A DNA stretch of 64,000 nucleotides, from the NCBI GenBank assembly GCA_046484245.1, contig JAWOBN010000073.1, forward strand, positions 1-64,000, read 5' to 3'. The notes below the pieces were generated by a model. It was not told the DNA's origin. It worked only from the letters and a program-made list of their open reading frames with translations, and did not search any database. Source of the stretch: a bacterium (GTDB lineage: Bacteria > Hydrothermota > 32-111). Both the position numbers and the translations under genes were made by a program. Positions 1 through 11,724 of this stretch are shown here, in pieces. Position 1 is the first letter of the stretch, and every line of letters begins with the position of its first letter.

Positions 1-489
1 GAGAGAGGCCAGATCAATTCAGGAGACGATGTGGAGATCATAGGCCTTGGAGCGCACAAGAAGACAGTGGCGACATCTCTTGAGATGTTCAAGAAGATAC
101 TGGACTATGCAGAGGCAGGCGACAATGTAGGCGTTCTTTTAAGAGGCATAAGCAAGGACGAGATAACAAGAGGCATGGTGCTGGCGAAACCGGGATCAAT
201 AACCCCGCATACAAAGTTCAAGTGCAATGTATATGTATTGTCCAAGGAAGAGGGCGGCAGGCATACATCATTCAAAGACGGATACAGGCCTCAGTTCTAT
301 TTCAGGACAACGGATGTAACAGGATCAATAGAGCTTGGAGAAGGCATAGAGTTTGTGAAGCCCGGAGACACGGTAGAGCTCAATGTGGAGCTGATAGAGC
401 CGATAGCAATGGAAAAGAATCTCAAGTTTGCAATCAGGGAAGGCGGCAGGACAGTCGGTGCCGGAACTGTGCTTGAAATAATGGAATAA
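1..489 (+). CDS. tuf: Elongation factor Tu, 3' part (5' truncated by window)
   Basis: Frame open from base 1 ([15 protein letters not shown]...); motifs [44 protein letters not shown]. Confidence 0.99.
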   Translation, partial: ERGQINSGDDVEIIGLGAHKKTVATSLEMFKKILDYAEAGDNVGVLLRGISKDEITRGMVLAKPGSITPHTKFKCNVYVLSKEEGGRHTSFKDGYRPQFYFRTTDVTGSIELGEGIEFVKPGDTVELNVELIEPIAMEKNLKFAIREGGRTVGAGTVLEIME

Positions 490-502
490 GGTGGAGATTT
501 AA

Positions 503-820
503 ATGGGCAGAAAAAATTATGACTTGAAGATCAAATTAAAGTCCTATGATTATGCACTGTTGGATCAGTCTGCAAGGGAGATTGTCAAATCCGTCAGGCG
601 GGCGGGCTCAGAGGTCAGCGGACCGATACCACTGCCGACGAAACAGTCAATCTACACTGTAAACAGAGCTACCAATGTAAACAAGAAATCAAGAGAACAA
701 TTTGAGCTCAGGATACACAAGAGACTGATATTAGTGACAAAATCCACACAGCAGACAATGGATTCATTGACAAAACTGGATCTGCCTGCAGGTGTTGATG
801 TAAAGATAATAGCTAACTGA
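503..820 (+). CDS. rpsJ: 30S ribosomal protein S10
   Basis: [30 protein letters not shown]; follows tuf. Confidence 0.99.
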   Translation: MGRKNYDLKIKLKSYDYALLDQSAREIVKSVRRAGSEVSGPIPLPTKQSIYTVNRATNVNKKSREQFELRIHKRLILVTKSTQQTMDSLTKLDLPAGVDVKIIAN

Positions 821-842
821 AAATAAAAAAGAGGCATACAAG

Positions 843-1472
843 ATGAAAGGTCTAATTGGAAGAAAAGTCGGAATGACGAGAATTTACGATGAGAACGGTA
901 ACTCGGTGCCTGTTACACTGATCTCTGCAGGGCCATGTACTGTGACGGATAAGAAGACACAGGGCAAGCATAAGTACAGTGCAATTCAGCTCGGCTACGA
1001 GAAGCAGAAAGAGAGCAGGGTCAACAGACCCCTGGCAGGCCAGTTCAAGAAAGCCGGTATTGAACCTGCGAGAATACTGAGGGAGATAAGACTGGATTCC
1101 GATAATGAAGCTGAAGAATACAATATAGGTGACAGTATTGATGTTTCCGTATTTGAGGAAGGCAGTATTGTTGATATTACAGGTATGAGCAAGGGCAAAG
1201 GATTTGCAGGCGTCATGAAAAGGTGGGGTTTCAAAGGAGGCCCGGCATCACACGGTGCACACAAGATTCACAGGAAGCCCGGATCAGCCGGCCCGGGAAC
1301 AGATCCCGGAAGAGTGCTGCCCGGCAAAAAGAGCCCCGGACATATGGGGCATGAGACCCACACAACAAGAAATCTCAAGATAGTGAAGATTGACCGGGAC
1401 AATAATATTATTGCTGTAAAGGGTCCTGTACCGGGTCATAAGAAAGCATTGCTTTTAATTAGGCAGAAGTAA
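843..1472 (+). CDS. rplC: 50S ribosomal protein L3
   Basis: GRKVGMT, SKGKGFAGVMKRW, VKGPVPG; S10 operon order. Confidence 0.99.
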   Translation: MKGLIGRKVGMTRIYDENGNSVPVTLISAGPCTVTDKKTQGKHKYSAIQLGYEKQKESRVNRPLAGQFKKAGIEPARILREIRLDSDNEAEEYNIGDSIDVSVFEEGSIVDITGMSKGKGFAGVMKRWGFKGGPASHGAHKIHRKPGSAGPGTDPGRVLPGKKSPGHMGHETHTTRNLKIVKIDRDNNIIAVKGPVPGHKKALLLIRQK

Positions 1473-1484
1473 GGAGGAAGCAAG

Positions 1485-2117
1485 ATGGATGCTAAGATTT
1501 ATTCACTGAAAGACGCAGATGTTATCAAGACAATTACACTGCCTGCAGAACTATTTGAGAGTGAAGTGAATGAGCATAATATATATGATGCTGTTACAGC
1601 CATACTGAACAATAAAAGGCAGGGAACAGCATCAACAAGAACCCGCGCAGAGAAGAGAGGCGGAGGCAAGAAGCCGTGGAGACAGAAAGGTCTCGGCAGG
1701 GCAAGAGCAGGCTCAATCAGATCACCGCTCTGGGTAGGCGGCGGAGTAACATTCGGCCCCAAACCCAAGACATACAACAGAAGAATAAACAAGAAGGTAA
1801 AGAGGAATGCATTGATATCCGCACTCAGCCTGAAAGCAAAGGAAGACAGGATATTCGTATTGGGTGATTATGAGATGGAACAGCCCAAGACAAAGACAGT
1901 GGCAGCATTGCTCAAGGCAATGGAGATAGATCCTGACAGCAAAAAGCTCTTTGTATTTGATAAATTAAGAATCAATGAATTCAAATCCATACGGAATGTC
2001 AAGAATGCACTCAGTGTATTCGCCCATGAGCTCAATGCATATACTGTAATGAATGCTGATTATCTTATTATATCAGAGGAAGGACTGGAAAAAATTAAAG
2101 AGGTGTTTGGAAAATGA
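1485..2117 (+). CDS. rplD: 50S ribosomal protein L4
   Basis: RQGTASTRTRAE, KKPWRQKGLGRARAGSIRSP. Confidence 0.99.
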   Translation: MDAKIYSLKDADVIKTITLPAELFESEVNEHNIYDAVTAILNNKRQGTASTRTRAEKRGGGKKPWRQKGLGRARAGSIRSPLWVGGGVTFGPKPKTYNRRINKKVKRNALISALSLKAKEDRIFVLGDYEMEQPKTKTVAALLKAMEIDPDSKKLFVFDKLRINEFKSIRNVKNALSVFAHELNAYTVMNADYLIISEEGLEKIKEVFGK

Positions 2118-2404
2118 AGGATTTAAAGAGAATTATACTGGGCCCGATTATTACGGAGAAATCAAATTTTGAGAAGGAACTCAAAAGCACTTATGTTTTT
2201 GAGGTTGCCCCGAAAGCCAATAAGACGGAGATCAAACAGGCAGTACAGAAATTATTTGATGTTGATGTTGTCAGTGTCAGAACAGCCAATCTCATCGGAA
2301 AGGTCAAGAGAACAAGATGGATCCCCGGAAGACGGCCGAACAGGAAGAAGGCATATGTAAAAATAAAGGAAGATCAGAGAATAGATATCTTTGAAGGAGT
2401 ATAA
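2114..2404 (+). CDS. rplW: 50S ribosomal protein L23
   Basis: PIITEKS, ANKTEIKQAVQKLFDVDV, KKAYV. Confidence 0.98.
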   Translation: MKDLKRIILGPIITEKSNFEKELKSTYVFEVAPKANKTEIKQAVQKLFDVDVVSVRTANLIGKVKRTRWIPGRRPNRKKAYVKIKEDQRIDIFEGV

Positions 2405-2416
2405 ACGGAGTAAATT

Positions 2417-3241
2417 ATGGCTATTAAAAAACATAAAGCAATGACACCCGGACAGAGATTCCGCAAATCTGTAAAACATGACAATATCTCAAAGGATAAG
2501 CCTGAGAAGAGCCTAACTCGCTCACTGAAGAAGTCAGGCGGCAGGAACAATCAGGGCAGATACACGGCAAAGAGGAAGGGCGGAGGCTCAAAGAGAAGAT
2601 ACAGGATAATTGATTTCAAGAGAGACAAGGCAGGTATCCCGGGAAAGGTCAAGTCAATAGAATATGATCCCAACAGGAGTGCATTGATTGCCCTTATTGC
2701 CTATGCTGACGGAGAGAAGAGATATATCATTGCTCCCAACAATATGACAGTGGGTGCGGAGATTATGGCAGGCGATGAGTCCCCGGCAAAACTGGGCAAT
2801 GCTCTACCACTGAAGAAGATCCCTCTCGGTGTTGATATACATAATGTGGAGCTGACCAGAGGCAAAGGCGGGCAGATGATACGCTCAGCCGGCTCAGCAG
2901 CCCAGATTATTGCCCGTGAAGGCAAATTCTGCCATATCAAGATGCCCTCAGGCGAGGTCAGACTGGTACATAAGGAGAATTATGCCACCATAGGCAGGGT
3001 AAGCAATACGGAGAATATGGGGAAGGTTCTCGGCAAAGCCGGAAGAAAGAGAAACATGGGCATCAAACCGCGTGTCCGCGGTGTTGCCAAGAATCCGGTT
3101 GATCATCCTATGGGCGGCGGAGAAGGCCGTTCTTCCGGAGGCAGGCATCCCTGTAACAAGAACGGGCTCCCGGCAAAGGGTTATAAGACAAGAAAGAAGA
3201 ATAAGTATTCAAACAAATACATTGTTTCTAAAAGAAAATAG
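2417..3241 (+). CDS. rplB: 50S ribosomal protein L2
   Basis: [27 protein letters not shown]. Confidence 0.99.
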   Translation: MAIKKHKAMTPGQRFRKSVKHDNISKDKPEKSLTRSLKKSGGRNNQGRYTAKRKGGGSKRRYRIIDFKRDKAGIPGKVKSIEYDPNRSALIALIAYADGEKRYIIAPNNMTVGAEIMAGDESPAKLGNALPLKKIPLGVDIHNVELTRGKGGQMIRSAGSAAQIIAREGKFCHIKMPSGEVRLVHKENYATIGRVSNTENMGKVLGKAGRKRNMGIKPRVRGVAKNPVDHPMGGGEGRSSGGRHPCNKNGLPAKGYKTRKKNKYSNKYIVSKRK

Positions 3242-3249
3242 GAGGACAA

Positions 3250-3534
3250 TTGACTAGGTCATTAAAAAAAGGCCCGTATATAAACGAGAGGCTTGAAAAA
3301 CGTATCAATCAGATGAATGAATCAGGAGAGAAGAAGGTAGTGAAGACCTATGACAGGGCATCAATGATATCACCTGATTTTGTCGGTCAGACAGTGGCTG
3401 TTCATAATGGTAGGAAGTTTGTGCCTGTTTATATAACGGAAAATATGGTTGGACACCGCCTCGGTGAATTTGCCCCGACAAGAATATTCAGGATGCATTC
3501 AGGTGACAGGAAAGAAGGCAAAGTAAAGCTATAA
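3250..3534 (+). CDS. rpsS: 30S ribosomal protein S19 (TTG start)
   Basis: [32 protein letters not shown] upstream. Confidence 0.99.
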   Translation: MTRSLKKGPYINERLEKRINQMNESGEKKVVKTYDRASMISPDFVGQTVAVHNGRKFVPVYITENMVGHRLGEFAPTRIFRMHSGDRKEGKVKL

Positions 3535-3544
3535 AGGAGAAGAA

Positions 3545-3889
3545 ATGGAAGCAGTAGCTCATGCAAAATATAAACGCATTGCACCAAAGAAAGCAAGACT
3601 GGTCAGCAATCTTGTAAAAGGAATGAATGTACAGGAAGCACTTTATGTTCTTCAGTTTACACCAAAGAAGTCCGCAAGGATCATGTATAAACTCGTTCAT
3701 TCAGCAGCAGCAAATGCAATCAATAAATTTTCGGACAGTGAAATTGATGAAGAGGATCTCTTTATCAAGGATATCAGAGTGAACAAGGGCCCTGTTATGA
3801 AGAGAAATCAGCCCAGAGCAAGGGGCAGGGCATTTCTAATCAGAAAAAGAATGAGCCACATAACTGTTGTGGTGGAAACCAAAAAATAA
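3545..3889 (+). CDS. rplV: 50S ribosomal protein L22
   Basis: PKKARLV, PRARGRA, SHITVVV. Confidence 0.99.
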   Translation: MEAVAHAKYKRIAPKKARLVSNLVKGMNVQEALYVLQFTPKKSARIMYKLVHSAAANAINKFSDSEIDEEDLFIKDIRVNKGPVMKRNQPRARGRAFLIRKRMSHITVVVETKK

Positions 3890-3901
3890 CGGAGGTTACA
3901 T

Positions 3902-4594
3902 TTGGGACAGAAGGTACATCCTTACGGATTCAGAGTGGGAATTACAAAGGACTGGAGATCAAGGTGGTTTGATCTCAAGAACTATCCTGCTCTTATTAAA
4001 GAAGATAAACTTATCAGGGATTATATAAGAAAGAGAATTGAAACAACCGGTCAGGTTTCCGGTATTTCAAGGATAATTATTGAAAGAAAGCCCAAAAAAA
4101 TAAAGATAGTGGTCCATTCCTCCCGTCCCGGTGTTATAATCGGTGAAAAGGGCTCAAAGGTGGATGCCCTCAAAGAGGAGATCAAATATATAACAAAGAA
4201 AGAAGACATCAACATCAATATTGTTGAGGTCAGAAACCCCGCTGTTGAAGCCCAGCTGGTTGCTGAGAATATAACCAGTCAGATAGAGAAGAGAATCAAT
4301 TACAAGAGGGCAATGAAAAGAGCTATACAGAATGCAATGAAGATCGGAGCAAAGGGTATAAAGATTATGTGCAGCGGCAGGCTCAATGGAGCTGAAATTG
4401 CCAGGACAGAGTGGTATAAGGAAGGTCAGATACCTCTTCAGACACTGAAAGCGGATATTGATTACGGGTATGAAATAGCAAGGACATCAGCCGGAGCTAT
4501 CGGAGTAAAGGTATGGGTCTTCAAGGGCAATATGGAACAGTCAGGTATTGAGCGTGAAGATAATTCATCAAGCAAAAAGAGAAGAAGGAGATAG
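3902..4594 (+). CDS. rpsC: 30S ribosomal protein S3 (TTG start)
   Basis: [34 protein letters not shown]. Confidence 0.99.
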   Translation: MGQKVHPYGFRVGITKDWRSRWFDLKNYPALIKEDKLIRDYIRKRIETTGQVSGISRIIIERKPKKIKIVVHSSRPGVIIGEKGSKVDALKEEIKYITKKEDININIVEVRNPAVEAQLVAENITSQIEKRINYKRAMKRAIQNAMKIGAKGIKIMCSGRLNGAEIARTEWYKEGQIPLQTLKADIDYGYEIARTSAGAIGVKVWVFKGNMEQSGIEREDNSSSKKRRRR

Positions 4595-4596
4595 CC

Positions 4597-5010
4597 ATGT
4601 TAATGCCTAAAAGAGTAAAGCACAGAAAACAGCAGAGAGGTAGGAGAAAAGGTGTATCCAAAGGTGCAACGACAATAGATTTCGGTGATTTCGGTATGCA
4701 GGCTGTTGATGCATGCTGGATTACATCCAGACAGATAGAATCGGCAAGGGTAGCAATACAGAGAATAATACACAAAGACGGTAAGCTCTGGATAAGATTG
4801 TTCCCTGACAAACCTGTTACAAAGAAACCGGCGGAGACAAGAATGGGTAAAGGCAAGGGTGCCCCGGAATACTGGGTTGCAGTAGTCAAACCGGGCAGAA
4901 TAATGTTTGAAATCGGCGGTGTTGACGAAGCTACAGCTCACAAGGCATTCACAAGAGCATCACATAAACTGCCCATTAAAACAAGATTTGTTAAACGTGA
5001 AGGAGAATAG
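4597..5010 (+). CDS. rplP: 50S ribosomal protein L16
   Basis: [24 protein letters not shown]. Confidence 0.99.
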   Translation: MLMPKRVKHRKQQRGRRKGVSKGATTIDFGDFGMQAVDACWITSRQIESARVAIQRIIHKDGKLWIRLFPDKPVTKKPAETRMGKGKGAPEYWVAVVKPGRIMFEIGGVDEATAHKAFTRASHKLPIKTRFVKREGE

Positions 5011-5013
5011 ACA

Positions 5014-5214
5014 ATGAAAGCGAAGGATTTGAGAGAATTAAACAGTAATGAAATTGAGAGCAGACTCCATCAGCTTGAAGAAGAACTGTTCAGTCTGAGA
5101 ATAAAAAGCAAAACAACTGATATTACAAATACAAAACAGTTCAGGAATATCAGAAGGGATATTGCCAGAATCAAGACAATTGTAAATGACAGAAAAAAAG
5201 AACAGGAGAATTAA
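5014..5214 (+). CDS. rpmC: 50S ribosomal protein L29
   Basis: MKAKDLR...ELFSLR...RRDIARIKT. Confidence 0.98.
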   Translation: MKAKDLRELNSNEIESRLHQLEEELFSLRIKSKTTDITNTKQFRNIRRDIARIKTIVNDRKKEQEN

Positions 5215-5217
5215 AAG

Positions 5218-5475
5218 ATGAAAATGAAAAAACTACTCCGCGGTGAAGTGCTTTCGGACAAGATGGATAAGACAATTGTTGTCCTTACATCAAAGAAGGT
5301 GCAGCATCCTGTATACAAGAAATTCATCACCAAGAGGAGCAAGCTGGCTGTTCACGATGAAAGGAATGAGGCCTCCGAGGGCGATATTGTTGAAGTCGTG
5401 GAGACCAGACCCATATCAAAGAACAAGAGATATGTTCTTAAAAACATAGTCAAAAAGGCAAAGGTAGTAGAATAA
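5218..5475 (+). CDS. rpsQ: 30S ribosomal protein S17
   Basis: SDKMDKTIVV, HPVYKK, ETRPISKNK. Confidence 0.99.
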   Translation: MKMKKLLRGEVLSDKMDKTIVVLTSKKVQHPVYKKFITKRSKLAVHDERNEASEGDIVEVVETRPISKNKRYVLKNIVKKAKVVE

Positions 5476-5491
5476 ATAAAGTGAGGACAAG

Positions 5492-5860
5492 ATGATACAG
5501 GAATACTCAAAAATCAAAACAGCTGACAATACAGGCGTGAAGTCAATAAAATGCATCAAGGTTCTCGGCGGAACGAGAAGGAGATATGCATATATAGGCG
5601 ACATAATTGTAGCTTCTGTCCATCAGGCAATACCCAATTGCGAAATCAAGAAGGGTACTGTGGTGAAGGCTGTTATTGTAAGAACCAAAAAAGAGACAGG
5701 CAGAAATGACGGCAGTTATGTAAGATTTGATGAGAATGCCTGTGTTATTATTGATGAGAATAAGGAACCGATCGGAACAAGAATATTCGGTCCTGTTGCC
5801 AGAGAACTGAGAGACAAACATTTTATGAGAATCGTATCTTTAGCACCGGAGGTTGTCTGA
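5492..5860 (+). CDS. rplN: 50S ribosomal protein L14
   Basis: [26 protein letters not shown]. Confidence 0.99.
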   Translation: MIQEYSKIKTADNTGVKSIKCIKVLGGTRRRYAYIGDIIVASVHQAIPNCEIKKGTVVKAVIVRTKKETGRNDGSYVRFDENACVIIDENKEPIGTRIFGPVARELRDKHFMRIVSLAPEVV

Positions 5861-6180
5861 TGAAAAAACTGCATATAAGGAAAAATGATACAGTGCTTGT
5901 AATAAGCGGAGAGGACAAGGGCAAACAGGGTAAAGTACTCAAGATATTCCCGGAAAAACGGAGAGCTCTTGTAGAAGGTATCAATATGGTAAAGAAACAT
6001 CAAAAAGCACGCAAGCAGGGAGAAGAGGGCGGCATACTTACTATAGAAGCGCCTGTTGATATCTCAAACCTCAAGCTTGTCTGCCCCAAATGTTCAAAGC
6101 CGGCAAAAACAGGCAGAACAGAGTATGAAGGCAGGGGCGTCAGGGTCTGTAAAAATTGCGGCGAAATGATTGTGAGGTAA
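5860..6180 (+). CDS. rplX: 50S ribosomal protein L24 (with CxxC...CxxC)
   Basis: KNDTVLVISGEDKGKQG, VEGIN, EAPVDISN. Confidence 0.99.
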   Translation: MKKLHIRKNDTVLVISGEDKGKQGKVLKIFPEKRRALVEGINMVKKHQKARKQGEEGGILTIEAPVDISNLKLVCPKCSKPAKTGRTEYEGRGVRVCKNCGEMIVR

Positions 6181-6182
6181 TT

Positions 6183-6722
6183 ATGTCTTTTTTAAAGAAA
6201 TATTATTATGAAGAATTGAGAGAGAAGATGAAAGAGGAACTCTCACTGGAGAATATTCAGGAAGTACCGCGTATGGAGAAAATCGTTGTCAGTATGGGTG
6301 TGGGCAAAGCAACCGAGGACAAGAATATTCTCAAGGAAAGCATACGTGACCTTTCCATGATAACAGGCCAGAAGCCCATTGTGACAAAAGCAAAGAAATC
6401 AGTGTCCAATTTCAAGATCAGGAAGGGTGCGGATGTCGGACTGAAGGTTACAATGCGCGGCAGAAGGATGTTTGAATTCATGGAGAGATTCTTCGGTATA
6501 GCTGTGCCGAGAATCAGGGATTTCCGCGGATTCAGCACAGATGCATTTGACGGATACGGCAATTATAATGTCGGTGTCAGGGAGCATGCTATATTCCCCG
6601 AAATTGAGGTGGATAAGATAAAGTATTCTTTCGGTATGAATATTACATTTGTAACCAAATCTAAAAATGACAAACACGCATTCGCACTGCTTACAGGTTT
6701 GGGTTTACCATTTAAAAAATAA
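6183..6722 (+). CDS. rplE: 50S ribosomal protein L5
   Basis: KIVVSMGVG, ITGQKP, PRIRDFRG; ATG at 6183 after GAGG preferred over 6156. Confidence 0.98.
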   Translation: MSFLKKYYYEELREKMKEELSLENIQEVPRMEKIVVSMGVGKATEDKNILKESIRDLSMITGQKPIVTKAKKSVSNFKIRKGADVGLKVTMRGRRMFEFMERFFGIAVPRIRDFRGFSTDAFDGYGNYNVGVREHAIFPEIEVDKIKYSFGMNITFVTKSKNDKHAFALLTGLGLPFKK

Positions 6723-6739
6723 ATAATGGAGGATAAAAG

Positions 6740-6925
6740 ATGGCGCGCAAGAGTTTGATTGTTAAATCAAAGAAAGAACAGAAATACAAGGTAAGAGAAT
6801 ATAACCGGTGCCAGATATGCGGCAGACCCAGGGGATACTACAGGGATTTCGGACTCTGCAGGATATGCTTCAGGGAAATGGCTCATCAGGGTCTTTTGCC
6901 CGGTGTAAAGAAAGTAAGCTGGTAA
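6740..6925 (+). CDS. rpsN: 30S ribosomal protein S14, zinc-binding (type Z)
   Basis: 61 aa; RCQICGRPR...[10 protein letters not shown]. Confidence 0.99.
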   Translation: MARKSLIVKSKKEQKYKVREYNRCQICGRPRGYYRDFGLCRICFREMAHQGLLPGVKKVSW

Positions 6926-6936
6926 GGAGGAAAAAG

Positions 6937-7335
6937 ATGACTATGACAGACCCAATCGCAGATATGCTTACAAGAATCAGGAATGCACAGATGGCAGAAC
7001 ATAAGAGCGTCAATATACCGCATACAAGAATCAACAGTGACATTCTGGAAATACTCATAGAGGAAGGATTCTTTGCCTCCCTTGAAGAGACGGAGATTGA
7101 AAACAGACCGTATTTCAATGTTAAGCTCAAATATGATAAATTCGGGGATCCGGTAATTCATAAGATAGAGAAGATATCCAAACCCGGATTGAGAAAATAT
7201 GTAGGATACAAAGAGCTCAGACCTGTAATGGGCGGCATGGGACTGGCAATCCTGTCAACAAACAAGGGTATTATGACAGATAAGGATGCCCGGAAAGAAA
7301 AGGTCGGCGGCGAAATAATTTGCAAGATATGGTAA
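6937..7335 (+). CDS. rpsH: 30S ribosomal protein S8
   Basis: MTDPIADMLTRIRNA, ISKPGLRKY, GGEIIC; AGGAGG upstream of 6937. Confidence 0.99.
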   Translation: MTMTDPIADMLTRIRNAQMAEHKSVNIPHTRINSDILEILIEEGFFASLEETEIENRPYFNVKLKYDKFGDPVIHKIEKISKPGLRKYVGYKELRPVMGGMGLAILSTNKGIMTDKDARKEKVGGEIICKIW

Positions 7336-7351
7336 GAAAGCAGGAGGAATA

Positions 7352-7888
7352 ATGTCACGATTAGGCAAAAAACCGATTGATATACCCGATAAGGTGGATG
7401 TTGAGATAAAAGGCAATAAGATTGTTGTGAAGGGCCCGGGCGGTCAGCTGGAACAGGATATTGTGGATAATGTATCTGTTGAAAAAGAGGAGAACAGTAT
7501 AATAGTGAAGAAGGCAGCAGAGAACAAGGCTTCAAATGTCAACCAGGGACTGATGAGAACCCTCATATTCAATATGATAATAGGTGTTACTGAGGGTTAT
7601 AAGAAGGAATTGGAACTTGTCGCAAGGGAATACAAGGCAAGTGCGAGCGGCAGTGGTATTACCCTCAATCTCGGATACTCCAATCCGGTTGAGATGAAGG
7701 CGCCTGAAGGCATTCAATTTGAAATACCGGATGAGAAACATGTCATAATAAAGGGCATAGACAAGAGACTGGTAGGTCAGGTTGCTGCAGATATACGCCA
7801 GCTCAGAAGATGGGAGCCCTATATTTCAAAGGGTATTAAGTATAAAGGTGAAAAAGTCAGGAAGAAGGAAAGGAAGACCGGAGTATAA
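7352..7888 (+). CDS. rplF: 50S ribosomal protein L6
   Basis: [20 protein letters not shown]. Confidence 0.99.
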   Translation: MSRLGKKPIDIPDKVDVEIKGNKIVVKGPGGQLEQDIVDNVSVEKEENSIIVKKAAENKASNVNQGLMRTLIFNMIIGVTEGYKKELELVAREYKASASGSGITLNLGYSNPVEMKAPEGIQFEIPDEKHVIIKGIDKRLVGQVAADIRQLRRWEPYISKGIKYKGEKVRKKERKTGV

Positions 7889-7889
7889 T

Positions 7890-8249
7890 ATGAATAAAAG
7901 CAAAAAAATCCAACGCAGAATGAGAAGAAAATTATCAATAAGAAGAAGAATCAATGGATCACCGGATAAACCGCGTCTTGTAGTGTACAGAAGCCTCAAG
8001 CATGTGTATGCCCAGATCATAGATGACATCAATGGCGTAACGCTTGTCAATGCATCATCCAAAGACGGAGAAATTGCCGGTCTCAATGTATCCAAGAAAG
8101 AGGCATCAAAGAAAGTCGGTGAATTGATAGCAAAGAAGGCACTGGAAAAGGATATCAAGAAGATTGCATTTGACAGGAACGGATACCGGTATCATGGCAG
8201 AATAAAGGAATTAGCTGAATCAGCAAGAAAATCAGGGCTTGATTTTTAA
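7890..8249 (+). CDS. rplR: 50S ribosomal protein L18
   Basis: [34 protein letters not shown] at 7890. Confidence 0.99.
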   Translation: MNKSKKIQRRMRRKLSIRRRINGSPDKPRLVVYRSLKHVYAQIIDDINGVTLVNASSKDGEIAGLNVSKKEASKKVGELIAKKALEKDIKKIAFDRNGYRYHGRIKELAESARKSGLDF

Positions 8250-8261
8250 ATTGGAGGATTC

Positions 8262-8807
8262 GTGAATATTAAGAAACGTCAGAAGATTGATTTATCAAAA
8301 CTTGACCTGGCTGAAAATGTTATTGACATAATGAGGGTCTCAAAGGTTGTTAAAGGCGGAAGAAGATTCAAACTGAAGGCAATTGTTGCTGTAGGCAATA
8401 AAGACGGATATGTAGGACTGGGAACTGGCAAATCAATGGAGACAATTGATGCCATAAAGAAGGCAACAGAAGCTGCCAGAAAGAATATACGCAAGGTATA
8501 TGTTGATGACAAGGGCTCACTGCCCTATGAGACAATAGGAAGAGCAGGTGCTGCAAAGGTTATGCTTAAACCGGCATCAGAAGGAACAGGTGTTATTGCA
8601 ACAGAGACAGTCAGAAATGTTCTTGAACTGGCAGGCATCAAGAATCTGCTTACAAAATCACTGGGCTCCAATGCATCCACCAATCTTGCAAAGGCAACCT
8701 TCAACGGACTCTGTTCAATATACTCACCTGAAGACATTTACAGGATGAGAAAAGGCGATATAAAGGCAGAAGAACAGGAGGAAGAGAATGAGCAGGATAA
8801 GAATTAG
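8262..8807 (+). CDS. rpsE: 30S ribosomal protein S5 (GTG start)
   Basis: RVSKVVKGGRRF, LKPASEGTGVIA, KSLGS. Confidence 0.99.
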   Translation: MNIKKRQKIDLSKLDLAENVIDIMRVSKVVKGGRRFKLKAIVAVGNKDGYVGLGTGKSMETIDAIKKATEAARKNIRKVYVDDKGSLPYETIGRAGAAKVMLKPASEGTGVIATETVRNVLELAGIKNLLTKSLGSNASTNLAKATFNGLCSIYSPEDIYRMRKGDIKAEEQEEENEQDKN

Positions 8808-8970
8808 ATTAGTAAAGAGCAATATAGGGGCTCATAAGAGTCAGAAAGCCACATTGAGAGCTCTGGGTCTGAGAAAGACACAGTCCACAGTGGAGAAGGA
8901 AGACAATCCCGCTGTAAGGGGAATGATGAATAAGGTAAGTCATCTCATTGAAATTGAAGAAATAAAATAA
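8788..8970 (+). CDS. rpmD: 50S ribosomal protein L30
   Basis: [27 protein letters not shown]. Confidence 0.98.
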   Translation: MSRIRIRLVKSNIGAHKSQKATLRALGLRKTQSTVEKEDNPAVRGMMNKVSHLIEIEEIK

Positions 8971-8981
8971 CGGAGTTAAAA

Positions 8982-9428
8982 ATGAAACTGAATGAATTGA
9001 AACCCGCCAAAGGCGCAAGACATCATAAGAGAAGGGTCGGCAGAGGTCCGGGCTCCGGTCATGGTAAAACATCAGGAAGAGGCCATAAGGGTCAGAAATC
9101 AAGAAGCGGATATTCAAGCAAACCCGGTTTTGAAGGCGGACAGATGCCTCTTATACGGAGAATTCCCAAGAGGGGCTTTAAGAACAGGAACAGAAAAGAG
9201 TATCAGATAGTCAATATAGCTGATCTCAATGTCTTCAATGACGGTGATACTGTATCCAGGGAATCACTCAAGGAGAAGAAGCTTATTGCCAAGATCAATG
9301 AGCCGGTCAAGATACTGGGCAATGGTGAGATAAAGAAGAAGCTCACTGTAAAGGTTGATAAGATAAGCGGCACAGCACGTGAAAAGATTGAAGCGAGCAG
9401 CGGACTGGTGGAGGTGCTCTTTGAATAG
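8982..9428 (+). CDS. rplO: 50S ribosomal protein L15
   Basis: [32 protein letters not shown]. Confidence 0.99.
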   Translation: MKLNELKPAKGARHHKRRVGRGPGSGHGKTSGRGHKGQKSRSGYSSKPGFEGGQMPLIRRIPKRGFKNRNRKEYQIVNIADLNVFNDGDTVSRESLKEKKLIAKINEPVKILGNGEIKKKLTVKVDKISGTAREKIEASSGLVEVLFE

Positions 9429-10737
9429 GATAATTACTTCACTACAGAATATATTTAAGATACCGGATCTGAGAAGAAAGCTGCTCTTTACATTATTTAT
9501 ATTCCTTGTTTACAGAATAGGTTCACATATACCCCTGCCGGGTATCAATGTGAGTGCATTGACCCAGTGGTTTTCATCACAGGCACAGGGAATACTCGGG
9601 CTTTATGATATATTTGCAGGCGGTAATCTGTCACGCGCAACAATTTTTGCACTCGGTATTATGCCGTATATATCATCTTCAATTATTATGCAGCTCCTGT
9701 CAGCTGTATGGCCATATCTGCAGAAACTCCAGCAGGAAGGTGAAGAGGGCAGGAAGAAGGTCACCCAGTACACCAGGTATCTTACAATTGTACTTGCAGT
9801 GGTTCAGGGATATGCTGCTTCCATACTTCTGGAGAATCTTGCTCCGGGCGGGACACCCGTAGTGCCCAATCCCGGCATGGCATTCCGGCTTATTACTGTT
9901 CTGACACTTGTCACAGGAACCATTCTTGTTATGTGGCTTGGTGAAAAGATAACAGAGAAGGGCATTGGCAACGGTATATCCATGATAATACTTGTCGGAA
10001 TTATTGCCCGTTATCCCAATTACGCAATATCAACAATCAGGGAAATATCCTCCGGGACACTCGGTATTGTACCTGTTGCCCTTGTTCTGGCGATTATTGT
10101 GCTCATTACAGCAGCAGTAGTGCTTGTCACACAGGCTCAGAGAAGGATTCCCGTTCAGTATGCAAAGGTTGTGCGGGGAAGAAAGGTTTACGGGGGGCAG
10201 AGCACCTATATCCCCCTCAATGTCAATGCAGCCGGTGTTATACCAATCATATTCGCGCAGTCAATAATAATGTTTCCCACAACACTGGCCGGGTTTTTCC
10301 AGAATAATGCATTCACACAGTGGTTTACGGAATTCATGAAGGTGGGCAGTCCCGCATATTCAATCCTTTACGGTCTGCTTGTTGTTTTCTTCGCATTCTT
10401 CTATACATCAATAGTTATCAATCCGCAGGATATGGCGGATAATCTGAAGAAATACGGCGGATTTATTCCGGGTAAAAGACCGGGCAGACAGACAAAACAG
10501 TATATTGACAAGGTCATTTCACGGATAACACTGCCGGGTTCAATATTCTATGCATTGATTGCAATAATGCCGATTTATATAATAAATTTCACCAGAGTGC
10601 CTTTCTACTTCGGAGGCACATCAGTACTGATTACTGTGGGTGTTATTCTGGAAACTGTTTCACAGGTGGAGTCCCATCTTATGATGCGCAATTATGAGGG
10701 TTTCCTCAAGAAAGGAAAGATAAGGGGCAGACGATAG
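9421..10737 (+). CDS. secY: Preprotein translocase subunit SecY (probable TTG start at 9421)
   Basis: [54 protein letters not shown] before TTG 9421. Confidence 0.99.
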   Translation: MNRIITSLQNIFKIPDLRRKLLFTLFIFLVYRIGSHIPLPGINVSALTQWFSSQAQGILGLYDIFAGGNLSRATIFALGIMPYISSSIIMQLLSAVWPYLQKLQQEGEEGRKKVTQYTRYLTIVLAVVQGYAASILLENLAPGGTPVVPNPGMAFRLITVLTLVTGTILVMWLGEKITEKGIGNGISMIILVGIIARYPNYAISTIREISSGTLGIVPVALVLAIIVLITAAVVLVTQAQRRIPVQYAKVVRGRKVYGGQSTYIPLNVNAAGVIPIIFAQSIIMFPTTLAGFFQNNAFTQWFTEFMKVGSPAYSILYGLLVVFFAFFYTSIVINPQDMADNLKKYGGFIPGKRPGRQTKQYIDKVISRITLPGSIFYALIAIMPIYIINFTRVPFYFGGTSVLITVGVILETVSQVESHLMMRNYEGFLKKGKIRGRR

Positions 10738-10738
10738 A

Positions 10739-11380
10739 GTGATGAATAAGTTGATACTGCTCGGTCCTCCGGGCTCAGGCAAAGGAACACAGGCAGATCT
10801 GCTGAGAAAGAAATATGATTATTTTATACTGTCAACAGGAGATCTTCTCAGAGAGGAGATGAACAGCAGGACACAATTCGGTAAATCTGTTGAGGAATTC
10901 ATCAACAAGGGGCTGCTTGTGCCGGATGAAATTGTTACAGAGTTTATTCTCACATATATAAGAGAGAAAGGCATTGCTCAGAGGAAGGTTGTGTTTGACG
11001 GATTTCCAAGGACTATTATGCAGGCAGAGCAGCTGGATAAGACAATGGCTGATTTAAACAGTAAAATTGACGGTGCGGTATTGATAAATGTTGAAAAAGA
11101 TGATATAATAAACAGATTATCCGGCAGATGGATCTGTCCTGAATGCAGCAGTGTATTCAGTGTGGAACATGCAGGAGGGGAATGTCCCGAATGCGGCACA
11201 AAACTCATCAAAAGAGACGATGATAAAATGGCCACCATCAATAAGCGTATTGAGGTGTATAACAGGCAGACCGAGCCATTGCTTGACTATTACGGGGGCA
11301 AGGGCAAGTTGCTGGAAATTGACGGCAGTGAAAGCAGAGAGAAGGTAAATAAAAGAATATCAGAGGTGATCAGTGAGTAA
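10739..11380 (+). CDS. adk: Adenylate kinase with four-Cys zinc lid
   Basis: [30 protein letters not shown]...CPEC, RDDD. Confidence 0.98.
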   Translation: MMNKLILLGPPGSGKGTQADLLRKKYDYFILSTGDLLREEMNSRTQFGKSVEEFINKGLLVPDEIVTEFILTYIREKGIAQRKVVFDGFPRTIMQAEQLDKTMADLNSKIDGAVLINVEKDDIINRLSGRWICPECSSVFSVEHAGGECPECGTKLIKRDDDKMATINKRIEVYNRQTEPLLDYYGGKGKLLEIDGSESREKVNKRISEVISE

Positions 11381-11588
11381 GAAAGGCATAATTGTTGAAG
11401 GGACTGTTATTGAATCCCTGCCCAATGCCAATTTCAAGGTTGAATTGGATAACGGGCATACTGTGCTGGGGCATATATCAGGCAAAATGCGCCTTCACTA
11501 CATAAGGATTATGCCGGGAGACAGGGTCACAGTGGAATTGTCGCCCTATGATCTCTCTAAAGGAAGAATAATATACAGATTCAATTAA
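11373..11588 (+). CDS. infA: Translation initiation factor IF-1
   Basis: [27 protein letters not shown]. Confidence 0.99.
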   Translation: MSKKGIIVEGTVIESLPNANFKVELDNGHTVLGHISGKMRLHYIRIMPGDRVTVELSPYDLSKGRIIYRFN

Positions 11589-11599
11589 TGGAGGATATA

Positions 11600-11713
11600 A
11601 TGAAAGTCAGATCATCGGTAAAGAAGATATGCAACAAATGCAAGATCATCAAAAGACGCGGTGTTGTCAGAGTGATTTGTGAAAATCCGAAACACAAGCA
11701 GAAACAAGGTTAA
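11600..11713 (+). CDS. rpmJ: 50S ribosomal protein L36 (absent from ORF track, 37 aa)
   Basis: Manual translation [42 protein letters not shown] upstream. Confidence 0.99.
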   Translation: MKVRSSVKKICNKCKIIKRRGVVRVICENPKHKQKQG

Positions 11714-11724
11714 AGGAGGTTAGT

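Noticed and set aside
6808..6936. Extended N-termini in the ORF track (rpsH 6808; similarly rplE 6156, rplR 7782, secY 9379, guaB 25376, ptrB 50288)
   Set aside because: They overlap upstream genes. Downstream starts match family N-termini and mostly have SD sequences.
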